A stretch of 64,000 nt of DNA, taken from contig OZ360238.1 of assembly GCA_977017645.1 (NCBI GenBank), positions 54,932,001-54,996,000 on the forward strand, written 5' to 3'. This DNA comes from Torpedo marmorata (Eukaryota). Shown piece after piece: positions 50,918 to 62,849 of this stretch. The notes below the pieces were generated by a model. That model saw only the letters and a list, made by a program, of their open reading frames with translations. It was not told the DNA's origin and made no database searches. A program made the translations under genes and the position numbers. Position 1 is the first letter of the stretch; every line of letters begins with the position of its first letter.

Positions 50918-52494
50918 CCAGAAGTCAGACACTTGAAGAGCAGGAGAAAGCATGAAGAGGGAAAACAGGTCTTGGCCAAGAGTTCAAGGAACTCTTCACG
51001 TTTAACTTCCACCTGTCGCATTAGGGGCACTAGTACCTGCTGCTTCAGCTGGCTGCCTTCTCCCACCAGATGTAAGAGGTGTGGAGAAGAGGAGAGACCT
51101 GTTTCCCTCTGGTACTTGTATACAGCCACAGTTCAGGCAGGGGCTTGGAAAGCCCTTTCCAAGGTAACTGTGATGACACAAATATCACAGATTTTCATGA
51201 AGTCGTCAAGTCGTCAAGAAATACAGCAAGGAAACAGGCCCTTCTTCCCACTGAGTTCATGCTAAGCATCAAGTGCCCATTTACACTAATCCTACCTGTA
51301 CCTGTTTTATTCAGATATATCGTGTAGGTGTTTCTTTCCCGAGTTCCTAGATAGCACTTTGAGCATTTCCACAATTCAACATTTCAAATTCCTTATTTTG
51401 AAAAAATTTAATTCCCTTGGAAGTCCAACGGAACAAGAAATTTAAAGGCTTATTGGGCTTCCCGATAGTTTCTAACCTGGGAACATGTGGGCTATCAAGG
51501 AATTAATTCAGGCTTTGACCTGGACCCACTATGAATATACTCTTCCACATATAAGAAATATTGAAGATAACAATGGTTTGTGATAGAGGAGAGAGAGGGG
51601 AAGTGGGAGGTGGCACAGAACCAAAGGCCACAGATTACACCAGTTGACAAAAAAGAAATCATGGGGCAAAATGAGGATATTTCTTTATTCAGCAGTTTGT
51701 CATGTCCTGGAGTACATTGGCTGAAAGGATGGTGGCAGTAGATTCACTAGATTTGGATAGGGCTGTAGGGAACGAGCAGAGGGCTGGAACCATCGGGTAA
51801 CTCAGTTTGAGAGGTGGTACACGCAAGTTGGGCCAAGTGGCCTCTCAATGAATGGAATGGAATTGCTCTTTGAATCAAACTGCTTATTGTCATGTATACT
51901 GAGATGCAGCAAAAAAAACAACTTCGTTTTACGTACTGTCCAGGCAAATTAATCTATACTTAAATTCAGCAGGATGTGCAATAATAAAACAAAAGTGCAG
52001 AGTTCAGTGTCACAGAGAAAAGGTACAAGAGCAGCATCATTTTACTAATGAGAGGTCTGTTCAATAGTCTGATGATGTCTGCTGGTGTCACTGTTACAAA
52101 AGCTAATAAGGAAATATCATTCACCTCTGATGCAAACTTTATAAATTGTTGAGCTGTGTCCTGGAGTAGATGATACTCTGCAATCTGCAGCAAGATTTCA
52201 AAGAAACAAATGAACCTGTGTCAGCTTCTAAGCGAGGTTCTGTTAGAATCTCACAATCATTCTTTCATTTCTAGGTGATGAAGAGTTCCATTTTTAAGGA
52301 GCATATACAGATCAATGATGATAAAAATCCTATCGCTACCCTTTGTGGACAAATCAGCCAACTTTCGAGTTCATTATTTGGGGCTGACAACACCATACCT
52401 TTAATTTTGGCCTGAGAGATGTACACATTTTAAGGTGGGATGTGGAACATTTCCAGGTACACGTTCCAGCTGATTTATGTTACATTGCTGTGGC

Positions 52495-53362
52495 AACATG
52501 GAGGCTGCAGAAGGACTTAGACAGATTAGGAGACTGGGCAGAGAAGTGGCAAATGAAATACAATGTCAGAAAGCATATGGTCATACACTTTGGTAGAAAA
52601 AATAAACGGGCAAACTATTTTTTTTAATGGGGAGAAAATTGAAAATACCCAGATTCAAAGGAACCTGGGAGCTCTCGTGCAGGATAGCCTGAAGGTAAAC
52701 TTGCAGGTTGAGACAGTGGTGAAGAAGGCAAATGCAGTGCTGACATTCATTTCAAGAGGAATAGAATATAAGAACAGGGATGTGATGTTGAGGCTTTATA
52801 AGGCACTGGTGTGACCTCACTTGGAATACTGTGAGGAGTTTTGGGCTCCTCATTTAAGAAAAGATGTGCTGACATTGGAAAGGATTTAAAGGAGGTTCAC
52901 TAGGATGATTCCGGGAATTAAAGGGTTATCATATGAGGAGTGTTTGACAGCTTTTGACCTTTATTCGTTGGAATCTAGGAGAATGAGGGGGGATCACATA
53001 GAAACATTTTGAATGTTGAAAGGCGTGGACAGAGTAGATGTAGAAAGGTTGTTTCCCATGGTGGGAGAGTCTAGGACAACAGGGCACAACTTCAGGATTG
53101 AAGGGCATCCGCTTAGAACAGAGATGCCATATGTTGGTAAATCTGTGGAATTTGTGGCCACAGGCAGTTGTGGAGACCAAGTCAATGGGTGTATTTAAGA
53201 CAGAGATTTATAGGTTCTTGATTAGCCAGGGCATCAAAGGCCATGGGGAGAAGGCCGGGCAGTGGGGCTGAGTGGGAAAATGGATCAGCTCATGATTAAA
53301 TGGCGGGGCACTCTCGATGGCTGAATAACCTATTTCTGCTCCTATATCTTATGGTCTTATGG
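52495..53362 (+). mobile_element. CR1 3' fragment
   Basis: RLQKDLDRL..WQMKYN; ISRGIEYK.RDVMLRLYKALV; (tcttatgg)n tail. Confidence 0.9.
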
Positions 53363-54257
53363 CTGGAGTCAGAACACATCCTCTAACAGTGTTTAGTTTA
53401 GTTATGTTGCTCATATATCATCTATTTGTGGATATCCTGACAAGGTCAAAAATTCTCTTTTGCTGAGGTCTGTGCACATGGTGCAGTCATGATGTTGGTG
53501 GAAAATCCCCACCATGTTGAACCAGCAGCAGTGATGGAATCAGTCACAACAGTCTTGAGGGAGGGAAGGAGGGAGGAAATTTAGAAGTACAGGTAATTGT
53601 GTTTCCATGATCTCCCTCAGAGCTGGGAGGTGCTCTCAAAATAAGCTTTCTGAGTTGTAATATGCTTCCTGTACATTGTACATGCTGCAGTCATGATGAT
53701 TAGAGGGGTTGGATCGAGTTCACGTCCAGACCAGTAATGTACCCGATTGCTTAATTCTGGATGATAGTGACTGCAACTGAGAAGGCAAGAGGTTTTCCAC
53801 ATTCTGATGGGGATTCTGCAAATGGTGCAAGCAGATTTGGAATCAGAATGTGAGGCAATCTTTGCAGCACCTCCAACCTCTGACCTGCCTTTATAGCCAT
53901 GGTGCTAATGTGTTGGTCAATGTTGACACCAGTGTTGTTATGATAATGACTTGGCAATTATCTTAAGTCAAAAGGGACAATGGAGTGCCTGTTCTTTTTG
54001 AGGTAAGATGTTGTGTAGCAAATACCTGCCTCTTCTCAGCTCCAATCTGGGTGAACTTGTACTACACATTGTAGACGTGAGTTGGAGGAGTTAAACACTC
54101 TGTAAATATAATAAGCATCTACAGAGATAACAACTGACCTCATGACAGAGGAAAGGTTATTGATGAAGCTGGTGAATAAGGTTTGGCAAAGGCTTTGGGG
54201 TATTCTTGTAATGATGTCCAAGAGCTGCTGTAATGATCATTTTGTATAGTGTGTTTT

Positions 54258-54870
54258 ACCATTTTTACACAGCAGTACCGAGATTTTCCTGTCATCAATA
54301 TGCATACTTACCCTCCGGAGTAGCCGTTCACACAGGATGGACGTTTACACTGACTTCCTGCGTTGCGGTGATTCCGGAGGGTGGACGTGGGTGGACGTCG
54401 ATTCTGACGTACAGTTACGTCCGACGCACAGCGTCACTACGTCGACGTCGTCGTCAATGACATCATTAACCTGCGTCCAAGAAAGCCTCCAGACTGAAGA
54501 GGAACATGGATCTCGATGCACAGATCATGTTGAAATTAGCAGCAAGTATACATAGCATTATTAGAAGGAACCTTACTGGAAGTCTAATGTCTCCTTGGCG
54601 TGCTGCAGCTTTAAAAATCCCGCGTTGCATGTCGCGAGCTGAACGCGTCATCGCACGTCATCAGGTACGTCGTATTCATTAACCCATTTTTGCGGACCGC
54701 CTGCAGTTCAGTTTAGACTGCAGGCAGTCCGCAAAAATGTCTAGGGCTGCTGCAGGAAAAATGTCGGGACGGAAATTAGTTACTAATTTCCATCACGACA
54801 TTTTTACACAGCCAGCATAACGGGAAATTTCGGAGAATTTACCGTTATGCAGCAGCTGTGTAAAAGTGAT
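54258..54870. mobile_element. PIF/Harbinger-type MITE
   Basis: TIR a(c/t)ca(c/t)ttttacacagc; 3-bp TSD ttt/att (one mismatch); internal ttacacagc repeat; 23-bp hairpin at 54685-54739. Confidence 0.75.
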
Positions 54871-55159
54871 ATTTGACTCCAGCCATTTTGAAATGTATGA
54901 GGGGATAAAACAAAAGAGTTAAGTTGTAGATCTGTCATTAGCCCTTTTCACACTGGCTAACTAGTAAGTTGGCCGTTCAGTGAACCGGTTAAGGAAGCCG
55001 CTTTTGCCATTCACACTGGACCGCTGTTAACCGGTTCACTGCATCCTTTCACACTCATCACAAGGCATCCCCTGGGATAGGAGAGTCTGTCCTCCTCCGG
55101 AGACGTCCCGAGTGACGTAACACGCACTAGCTGGAAGTGACCTCATCTCCTTCTCTACA

Positions 55160-55965
55160 ATGGCGGACGTCAGATCGGTCGCTTTGGACGTCCTGAAAAT
55201 TTGTGATTCTATCACCAAACAGACAGGTCTTATCAACATCCTTATCTGCAAGATGGTTCAAACAATAATGGAGCCTAGTCGCGACCGTTTACGTGTTCTT
55301 AGGTGGAATAATTTTATTGATATATTGTGGATAACCATGGAGGGATTTGAGGAGGAGAGTTGGGCTGAGCTGAGAAGCCGCCGGAGAAAACGCCTGGTTA
55401 TCTTGTGGTATTTTGAACGGCAACATAATAACAGAAGAATGTGGAGGAGGGAGAGACCACAGGGGCCCATGTGCTGGGCTGAAGTCCTCGATAAATACGA
55501 AGATCAACAGTGGCGTGCGAATGTTAGAATGTCTCGGAGTACTTTTGAATTTATTGCGGGAATCCTCGAGCCAGAGCTGAAGCGTAAGATCCCCAACTAT
55601 CGAAAGCCTGTGGAGCCTCGGATCAGACTTGCAATAGCTTTGTGGTGGTATGCCACTCCTTGTGAGTATCGATCCATCAGTGCTCTGTTTGGTGTGGGTA
55701 TCTCCACTGTATGCATGGTGGTGCGCAAAGTGACTGTGGCGTTGAGAGAGACCCTCATGAAACGTTTTATTGACCTGCCGAGTGGAGATCGTCTTCAGGA
55801 GACAATCAATGCATTTGCAAAAAGGGGTGGCTATCCAATGTGTGCTGGTGCCATCGATGGCACACATCTTCCCATCATTACCCCACACGACGACGCATCA
55901 GCCTACTACAATCGAAAAGGGTGGCACTCCATTATTCTTCAAGCTGTTATTGACCATGACTGCCG
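55160..55965 (+). pseudogene. Harbinger transposase (HARBI1-like) exon 1
   Basis: RMSRSTF, RLAIALW, LFGVGISTV, GAIDGTH, YYNRKGWHSIILQAV; donor gtaag at 55966. Confidence 0.92.
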
Positions 55966-55999
55966 GTAAGAATCATGCCTGAGTTACAATTATTTGTCC

Positions 56000-58900
56000 T
56001 GTTATGGACCATGACTGACCATTTGGACTGTGGACGGTCAGCCCCCCTCTGCGTCCGACCATGTGGATGCAGAGGGGGGCTACAGGTCAAGCTGAGACGC
56101 GGGGACCTGAAGCTTCCGCTCCCTACCATCCTCCTGGCCAACGTACAATAATTGGAGAACAAACTTGATGAACTCCAAGCCAGACTTCAACATCAGAGAG
56201 TCATCAGGGAGTGCTGCGTGATGTGCTTTACAGAAACGTGGCTAAAAGCGGACATTCCAGACATGGCGCTGCAGCCCAAGGGCTACACCCTCCATCGCGC
56301 TGTCCGAACATCGGCGTCTGGAAAAACCAGGGGAGGCGGCGTTTGTGTCATCATCAATTCATCGTGGTGCACAAACGTGACGGTCATGTCCCAGTCCTGC
56401 TCCCCCGACCTGGAACATCTGGCGATCAAGTGTCGCCCATTCTATCTGCCGAGGGAGTTCACCGCCATCATCCTGGTCGCAGTGTACATTCCGCCCCAGG
56501 CTAACGTCAGGCTGGCACTGGAGGGACTGAGCACTGTGATAAACAGCCATGAGACAGCACATCCTGATGCCTTCCCGATCATTGTGGGAGACTTCAATCA
56601 GGTCAATCTGAAGAAGTCACTGACAAACTACCACCAACACATCACATGCGAGACCAGGGGAACCAAAACACTCGACCACTGCTACACCACTGTGAAGAAC
56701 GCATACCGAGCCATACCACGACCGCACTTCGGCAAGTCTGATCACCTGGCTGTACTTCTACTCCCGGCGTACAAGCAGAGACTGAAGACCACAGCACCAG
56801 TGGTGAGGACGGCGAAAGTATGGTCGAGGGGGGCGGAGGAGCGTCTGCAGGACTGCTTTGAATCGGTGGACTGGAACATATTCAAGCACTCAGCCATAGA
56901 CCTAAATGAATATGCAACAGGTGTCACCAACTTCATCAAGGCCTGCGTGGATGAGTGTGTGCTCACGCGCAAATACCGGGTGTTCCCCAACCAGAAGCCC
57001 TGGATGAATCAGAGAATTCACAACCTTCTGAGGACGAGAACAAGGGCATTTAAGGCCGGGGACCGGGATCTTTACAAGAAGTCCAGGCACGACCTGCGGA
57101 AGGCCATCTCTGAAGCAAAGTGGCAATTCCAGAGGAAGATAGAGACAGAGACAGATACACGCCAGCTATGGCAGGGAGTGCAGGCCATTACAGCCTACAA
57201 AGAGAGGGCGAACACTATAGACGGCTGTGATGCTTCACTACCCGATGAGCTGTAAACCTTCTATGCCCACTTTGAGAAGAAGAACAAAATAGTGCCTACA
57301 AGAATCCCTGAAAAGGCTGAGGACCCTGTGATATCTGTCTCTGAGGGCGACGTCAGAACATCATTCAAGAGGGTGAACCCTCGCAAGGCGTCAGGCCCTG
57401 ACGGCGTACCTGGCAGGGTACTGAAAATCTGCGCCAACCAACTAGCCGGAGTGTTCACGGACATTTTCAACCTCTCATTGCGGCAGTCAGAGGTTCCCAC
57501 CTGCTTCAAAAGGGCATCAATCATCCCGGTACCCAAGAAGAGTAGTATGGGCTGCCTCAACGACTACCGCCCAGTAGCACTAACTTCTACTGTGATGAAA
57601 TGCTTTGAGAGGCTGGTCATGGCCAGTATTAACACATACCTAAGCAAAGATCTGGACCCACTGCAATTCGCCTATCGTCACAATCGCTCCACAGCAGATG
57701 CAATATCGCTGGCTCTCCACTCAGCTCTGGATCACCTCGAAAACAGCAATTCATACATACGGCTGCTCTTCATCGACTACAGCTCGGCCTTCAATACCAT
57801 TATTCCCTCAGTGCTGGTCAAGAAGCTACAAACTCTAGGCCTCTGTACCCCACTCTGCAACTGGATCCTTGACTTTCTCATCGGAAGACCACAGTCAGTA
57901 CGAATTGGAAACAATGTCTCCTCCTCACTGATTATCAACACAGGCGCACCCCAAGGATGCGTGCTTAGTCCACTGCTCTACTCGTTATACACCCATGACT
58001 GTGTGGCCAGGCACAATTCCAATGCCATCTACAAGTTTGCCGATGACACCACAGTTGTCGGCAGAATCACAAACGGCAATGAGGAAGCATACAGGAGGGA
58101 CATAGATCAGCTCGTTGAATGGTGTAATGGCAACAACCTTGAGTTCAATGTCAGCAAAACCAAGGAGATGATTGTGGACTTCAGGAGGAAGTCAGGGAAA
58201 CACGACCCAGTCCTCATCGAGGGCTCATTAGTGGAGAGGGTCAAGAACTTCAAATTCCTGGGTGTCAACATCTCCGAGGATCTGTCCTGGAGCATCCACG
58301 TTGATGCAATCACAAAGAAGGCTCGTCAGCGGCTATACTTTGTGAGGTGTCTGCGGAGATTCGGTATGTCACCAAAGACTCATAAACTTCTACAGGTGTA
58401 CCGTGGAGAGCATTCTGGCTTGTTGCATCACTGCCTGGTATGGAGGCGCCAACTCCCAGGACAAGAGTAAATTCCAGAGGGTTGTTAACTCGGCCTGTGA
58501 CATCACAGGCACCAAACCTCACTCCATCGAGGACATCTACATGAGGCGGTGTCTTAAAAAAGCAGCCTCTATCCTCAAAGACCCCCACCACCCAGGCCAT
58601 GCCCTCTTCACTCTGCTTCCATCAGGAAAAAGGTACAGGAGCCTAAAGACGAGCACTCAACGGCACAAAGACAACTTCTTCCCCGCTGCCATCAGATTCC
58701 TGAATAATCAATGAACCAAAGACACTGCCATACTTTTCGTGCACTATTGTTTATAATTTTTTATAGTAATGTCGTAAGATGATTAATATGAATGTTAATT
58801 GCACTATGATGCTGCCGCAAAACACCGAATTTCATGACTTGTTCATGACAATAAATTCTGATTCTGATTCTGATTCTGAAGTCTTTTGAGTACACACTGG

Positions 58901-59676
58901 GACCAGGTACTGAGAGAGTTAACTTGCCCAGGGCTGGCTGTGCTCAGAGAGAGAGACACATAGAGAGAGAGAGACAGACTGTGGAAAAGATACTTTGTTG
59001 CACTTTTGCAAAAGCAGGTGCGAACCTCTGCAAAAAGCATTCAGTTTGGAGTTGCAAAAGGCTGGAGCAACAACACCAAAAACAGACTTGTGCATTCCAG
59101 TAAGAAAGACTGGGGAAAATAGCACATGGCCTCTTGTATCAGCAAAATCCTGATATAAAGCAACTTTCGTGGAGAACAGGCGTGAGATCAGCGAGACAGG
59201 CTGTGAGATCCAAGTACACGCCTCCATCAGTGGTATACTAATTTGGAACAGCAACCCACGTGCACCCAAAAAGGGAAAGTCATCGGAAGGAAAGCAGACC
59301 TTTGTAAGCTTAAACAGTCATTGTCTCTCTCTCCAACGTTCATTAAGAAGTCCTTCGTGACAGCGCACAGAGCTGAATTTGGACCTTGAACATAGAGAGT
59401 GATTTTTGTGGACTGTATTTTTGGGACTGACTTATTTTTATGACTGACCTGGGGTTTTGGGGAAGGTTTTCTATTTTTTTTCTTGAGGGTTGGGCACAGA
59501 CTGTAATGGCCTGGGCTTTACACACACACACTTTAGATAAGAATAGTGATTATAGACATTTATAGTGGGGTTAATTGTTAAGAAATTATATATTTAATTG
59601 TCTTTAATAAATATAAATTTCAATTTTACCCCTTTTGCATTGCGTCTTCTGTCGTTGCTGATTTGAATTTGTAACA
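56000..59676 (+). mobile_element. Solo LTR, copy 3 (56000-56042 plus 58879-59676), split by Rex1, in transposase intron 1
   Basis: TGTTA...TAACA termini, TSD gtcc (55996-55999 and 59677-59680), AATAAA near the 3' end. Confidence 0.92.
56043..58878 (+). mobile_element. Near-full-length Rex1/Babar LINE (APE plus RT; two stops and one frameshift seen)
   Basis: [48 protein letters not shown]; (attctg)n tail. Confidence 0.95.
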
Positions 59677-59731
59677 GTCCTCATTTATTAATGTTTTCCA
59701 TATGTCAAACATTGTGCTTTTGTGTTTCCAG

Positions 59732-59846
59732 CTTCACAGATGTGTGTGTGGGTTGGCCTGGTCACACCCATGATGCTCGAGTTGTGCTCAACTCTCCCAT
59801 TTACAGAAAGGCTGAGGATGCAGGCGGTTATCTATTCCCCTGTGAA
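59732..59846 (+). pseudogene. Harbinger transposase exon 2
   Basis: ttttgtgtttccag acceptor; phase-2 join CG+C gives R-FTDVCVGWPGHTHDARV; donor gtaagt at 59847. Confidence 0.9.
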
Positions 59847-59977
59847 GTAAGTGAATATGCCACTCTCTACAATGATGCTTGCAACATGTACACGAAAATA
59901 TCTCTAGTGTGAGAGAAAGGCCTTAAGTTGTTTTTGATATGTGTACATAAGTATGTAGACATGTGAATATGTAGATA

Positions 59978-61347
59978 TGTAGTCGTCGATATACCGGAGG
60001 AAGAGTCGGGGCTGCCTCATGCACCCGCGATGAGCTTGTCAACTTCATCCACTTTGCGTCTAACTTCCACCCTGATCTCAAACTTACCTGGTCCATCTCC
60101 GATAACACTCTCCCCTTCCAGGATATCTTTGTCTCCATCTCGGGACATATACTACAAACCCTCTAACTCCCACAACTACCTTGACTACACTTCCTCACAC
60201 CCTGTCCCCTGCAAGGATTCCATCCCCTTCTCTCAATTTGTCCGTCTCCACCGCATCTGTTCCCAAGATGAAGTGTTCCAGTCCAGATCTTCCAAAATGT
60301 CTGCCTTCTTCCACAGACGTGGCTTCCCTCCACCACCATCAACTCAGCCCTCACCCGCATCTCCTCCATTTCCCGCTCATCTGCCCTGGCCCCCTCTGCC
60401 CCCAGACGCAACAAACATAGAATCCCCCTCATCCTCACCTACCACCCTACTAGCCTCTGCATCCAACACATTATCCGCCGGAGTATCCGGCACTTACTAC
60501 AGGATCCCACCACCAGACACATTTTTCCTTCTCCTCCCCTCTTGGCCTTCTGCAGAGACCGCTCCCTCCGTGATTCCCTCGTGCACCCATCCCTCCCCAC
60601 CTATTCCCCCCCTGGCACCTTCCCCTGTGGCCGCAGGAGGTGCAACACTTGCGCCCACACCTCCTCCCTCACTACGGTCCGGGGCCCTAAACAGGCCTTC
60701 AAGTGAAGCAACACTTCACTTGTATATCTGCAGCACTCCTTAACTGCGTCCGGTGCTCCCTTTGTGGCGTTCTCTACATCGGAGAGACTGGTCGCAGATT
60801 GGGAGATCGCTTTGCTGAGCACCTCCTCTCCGTCTACAACCACAGCGACCTCCCAGGTCACAATCTGATTCACAATCCCAGACTCACATGTCTGTCCATG
60901 GCCTTTTGCACTATTCTACCCTTACCACCCGCAAATTGGAGGAACAACACCTTATCTTCCATCTGGGCACTCTCCAGCCAAATGGCATTAACATTGATTT
61001 CTCTGCCTTCTGCTAAACTTGCTCGCATTTTATTTCCCCTCCCCCTTTGCTGTCTTTCCAGTTCTCCCCTCCCTTCCCCCTTACCCACCCAGCCATCCCT
61101 CCTCCCCCTCATTGCTGCTGTCCCCACCCTCCCCTCATCCACCTATCATCTCCTGCCTTTGCCACCCCCACTTTTGTTCAGATACCTGCCAGTATTCTCT
61201 CATGCCTTGATGAAGGGCTCAGGCCCGAAACGTTGGTTATGTATTTCTACCTTTGCTACATAAAGGACACTGTTTGACCTGCTGAGCTTCTCCACCATTT
61301 TGTGTTTTTAACTTCAACCAAGGTGTCCACAGATTTTCGTGATTTAC
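59978..61347 (+). mobile_element. 5'-truncated Penelope-like element (RT C-terminus, GIY-YIG, pLTR)
   Basis: IYYKPSNSHNYLDYTSSHP..SIPFSQ..RIC; YIGETGRRLGDRFAEH; pLTR matches the 7190-7527 arm. Confidence 0.93.
61201..61242 (+). ncRNA. Minimal hammerhead ribozyme-like motif in the pLTR
   Basis: catgcc-TTGATGA-a-gggct cag gccc-GAAACGTT-ggttatg. Confidence 0.65.
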
Positions 61348-61627
61348 TTCCCAGATCTTATAGGCCAGGTTATAATATGTCCAGTCCGGCCGCTCCCTCC
61401 CACTCCTCCCATTATGATCCATACCTGATGAAACCTCCTCCGAAGAGTCTTCAGCTTATTGATAACTTGGGACTTGTCCCTGGAAAACCCCATGCCCCTG
61501 AGCCTGGCTGCAATCCGTTCATAAAATCGGCCATCTTTAATGATACCTGTTAATTCATAGGATTCAGCCTCCTCTAACCTCAGTGAGAGGAGCTCCTGCA
61601 CTTCCCCATCCCCCAGTTTGCGACCAT
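61348..61627 (-). pseudogene. Harbinger Myb/SANT-like (trihelix) DNA-binding gene, N-terminal part, two 1-bp frameshifts
   Basis: Reconstructed as MVANWG/DGEVQELLSLR..FYERIAARL..GFSR..QVINKLKTLRRRF..DHNGRSGR..WTYY; truncated at the Penelope end. Confidence 0.85.
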
Positions 61628-62318
61628 AATTTTAAGTTATATTTTAAATTATTCACTGAATTGGGGAGAGGTTGACCCACCCTGTACCTTATCTGACGAC
61701 TCCAGCAGACTGTTTCACCACGCGGTTGAACGCACTCACGCACAAACGTCATCAACGCGTCACTACTTTGTCCCTGGATAGTAAGTGTCCCTTTCACACT
61801 GGGCTAATCGGCACGCAGGCGTCAGACGACCCCGGGGATGAGAGTAGGGGTCTAGGCCGTCCATCCCCGGCGTGATTTGACGCCTGCGTGCCGATTCTGG
61901 AGCGTTCTCACTGGACCCTTAACCGGTATATTGGCCGTTAATTACTAGGACAAGGTGCCAGTGTGAAAGGGGCTATTGTCGCACAGGATCAAAAGACAAA
62001 TGACTTTGCCTTATGTTTCTATGTTCTCTGATCCCAATTGAATTCAGTCATCTAATACGATTAAAAGACAATAACTTATTTGCATGCTTGTTTGTAGCAC
62101 AACAGGAGCAAAGGTTTTTCTAATTTTCAAGTAGCCCTGTATCTTAATTTGTCTCAGTATCACAAAATGTTCTGCAGGTATTTAGTTTTCATGAGTCTAC
62201 CTTCCTTATGGCCTCACGCTGCTTTAGTACAAGACTGACATGAGTCACGATTATCCATTTAGCTTAACACTAAGGTGCTTGATACACTTGACCATGGTAT
62301 TTGCTATTCCTTGTTTTC

Positions 62319-62849
62319 TCAAGATTCAAAATTCTTTTTTTGTCATGTAATAAAACAGATGTAATATTACAAGAAATTGGATTTAGTTTGCCATAAGTAA
62401 GACAAAGATACACCTTCAGCAGAAATTGCCCAGTGCCCCTTAAAGTCAGAGAAAGAGAAGCAAAAGAGAGTCCTGTCAGAGTCACTGAGTGTCTGTGGAT
62501 TCACCTCCACCGCTCCTGCAGCCTCTGCAGCCGCACAGACTTCAGTCCAAACCATCAGCAACCCGAGCTCCAGATCCAAACCTCCAACATGATCAGGAAG
62601 CCTTCAGCGCCCTTGGCACCCTCTCGCATCCCGGTTCCGATACCTGGTACCCCTTCAGCCAGTCCCAAGCCATTCTCCAGCAGTCCGCAGCCTGGTGTGA
62701 GTCCTTTGACCCCAAGTCGCCAGCAGCCCGCAGCCTGCGTGGGTTCCTTGTCTCGAGTCGCCACAGAGCCCCTTACTGGTCCGCCGCCCTGGTCACCATC
62801 CTGTAGCCTCGTCTCATCTGCTTCTCCTTCTCAAACGGAGCATGGTCTT
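62319..62849 (-). mobile_element. Second, shorter copy of the non-autonomous Rex1-tailed element
   Basis: Aligns with 36993-~37545. Confidence 0.8.

Larger units (their letters stand above)
54940..61974 (+). mobile_element. PIF/Harbinger DNA transposon (two-gene, inactivated) with nested insertions
   Basis: 18-bp TIR agccc(t/c)tttcacactggc, TSD att, subterminal ttcacactgg repeats, transposase on plus and Myb/SANT on minus. Confidence 0.95.

Noticed and set aside
49300-51200. L1 interrupting a coding exon (ORFs run through the TSD)
   Set aside because: The rejoined flanks give no recognisable protein in the frames checked.
52262-52415. Candidate terminal exon after tctttcatttctag
   Set aside because: The short frame has no recognisable homology and no linked exons.
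55160-55969. Domesticated HARBI1 host gene
   Set aside because: It sits within TIRs and a TSD with a frameshifted Myb partner, and the C-terminal catalytic exon is missing.
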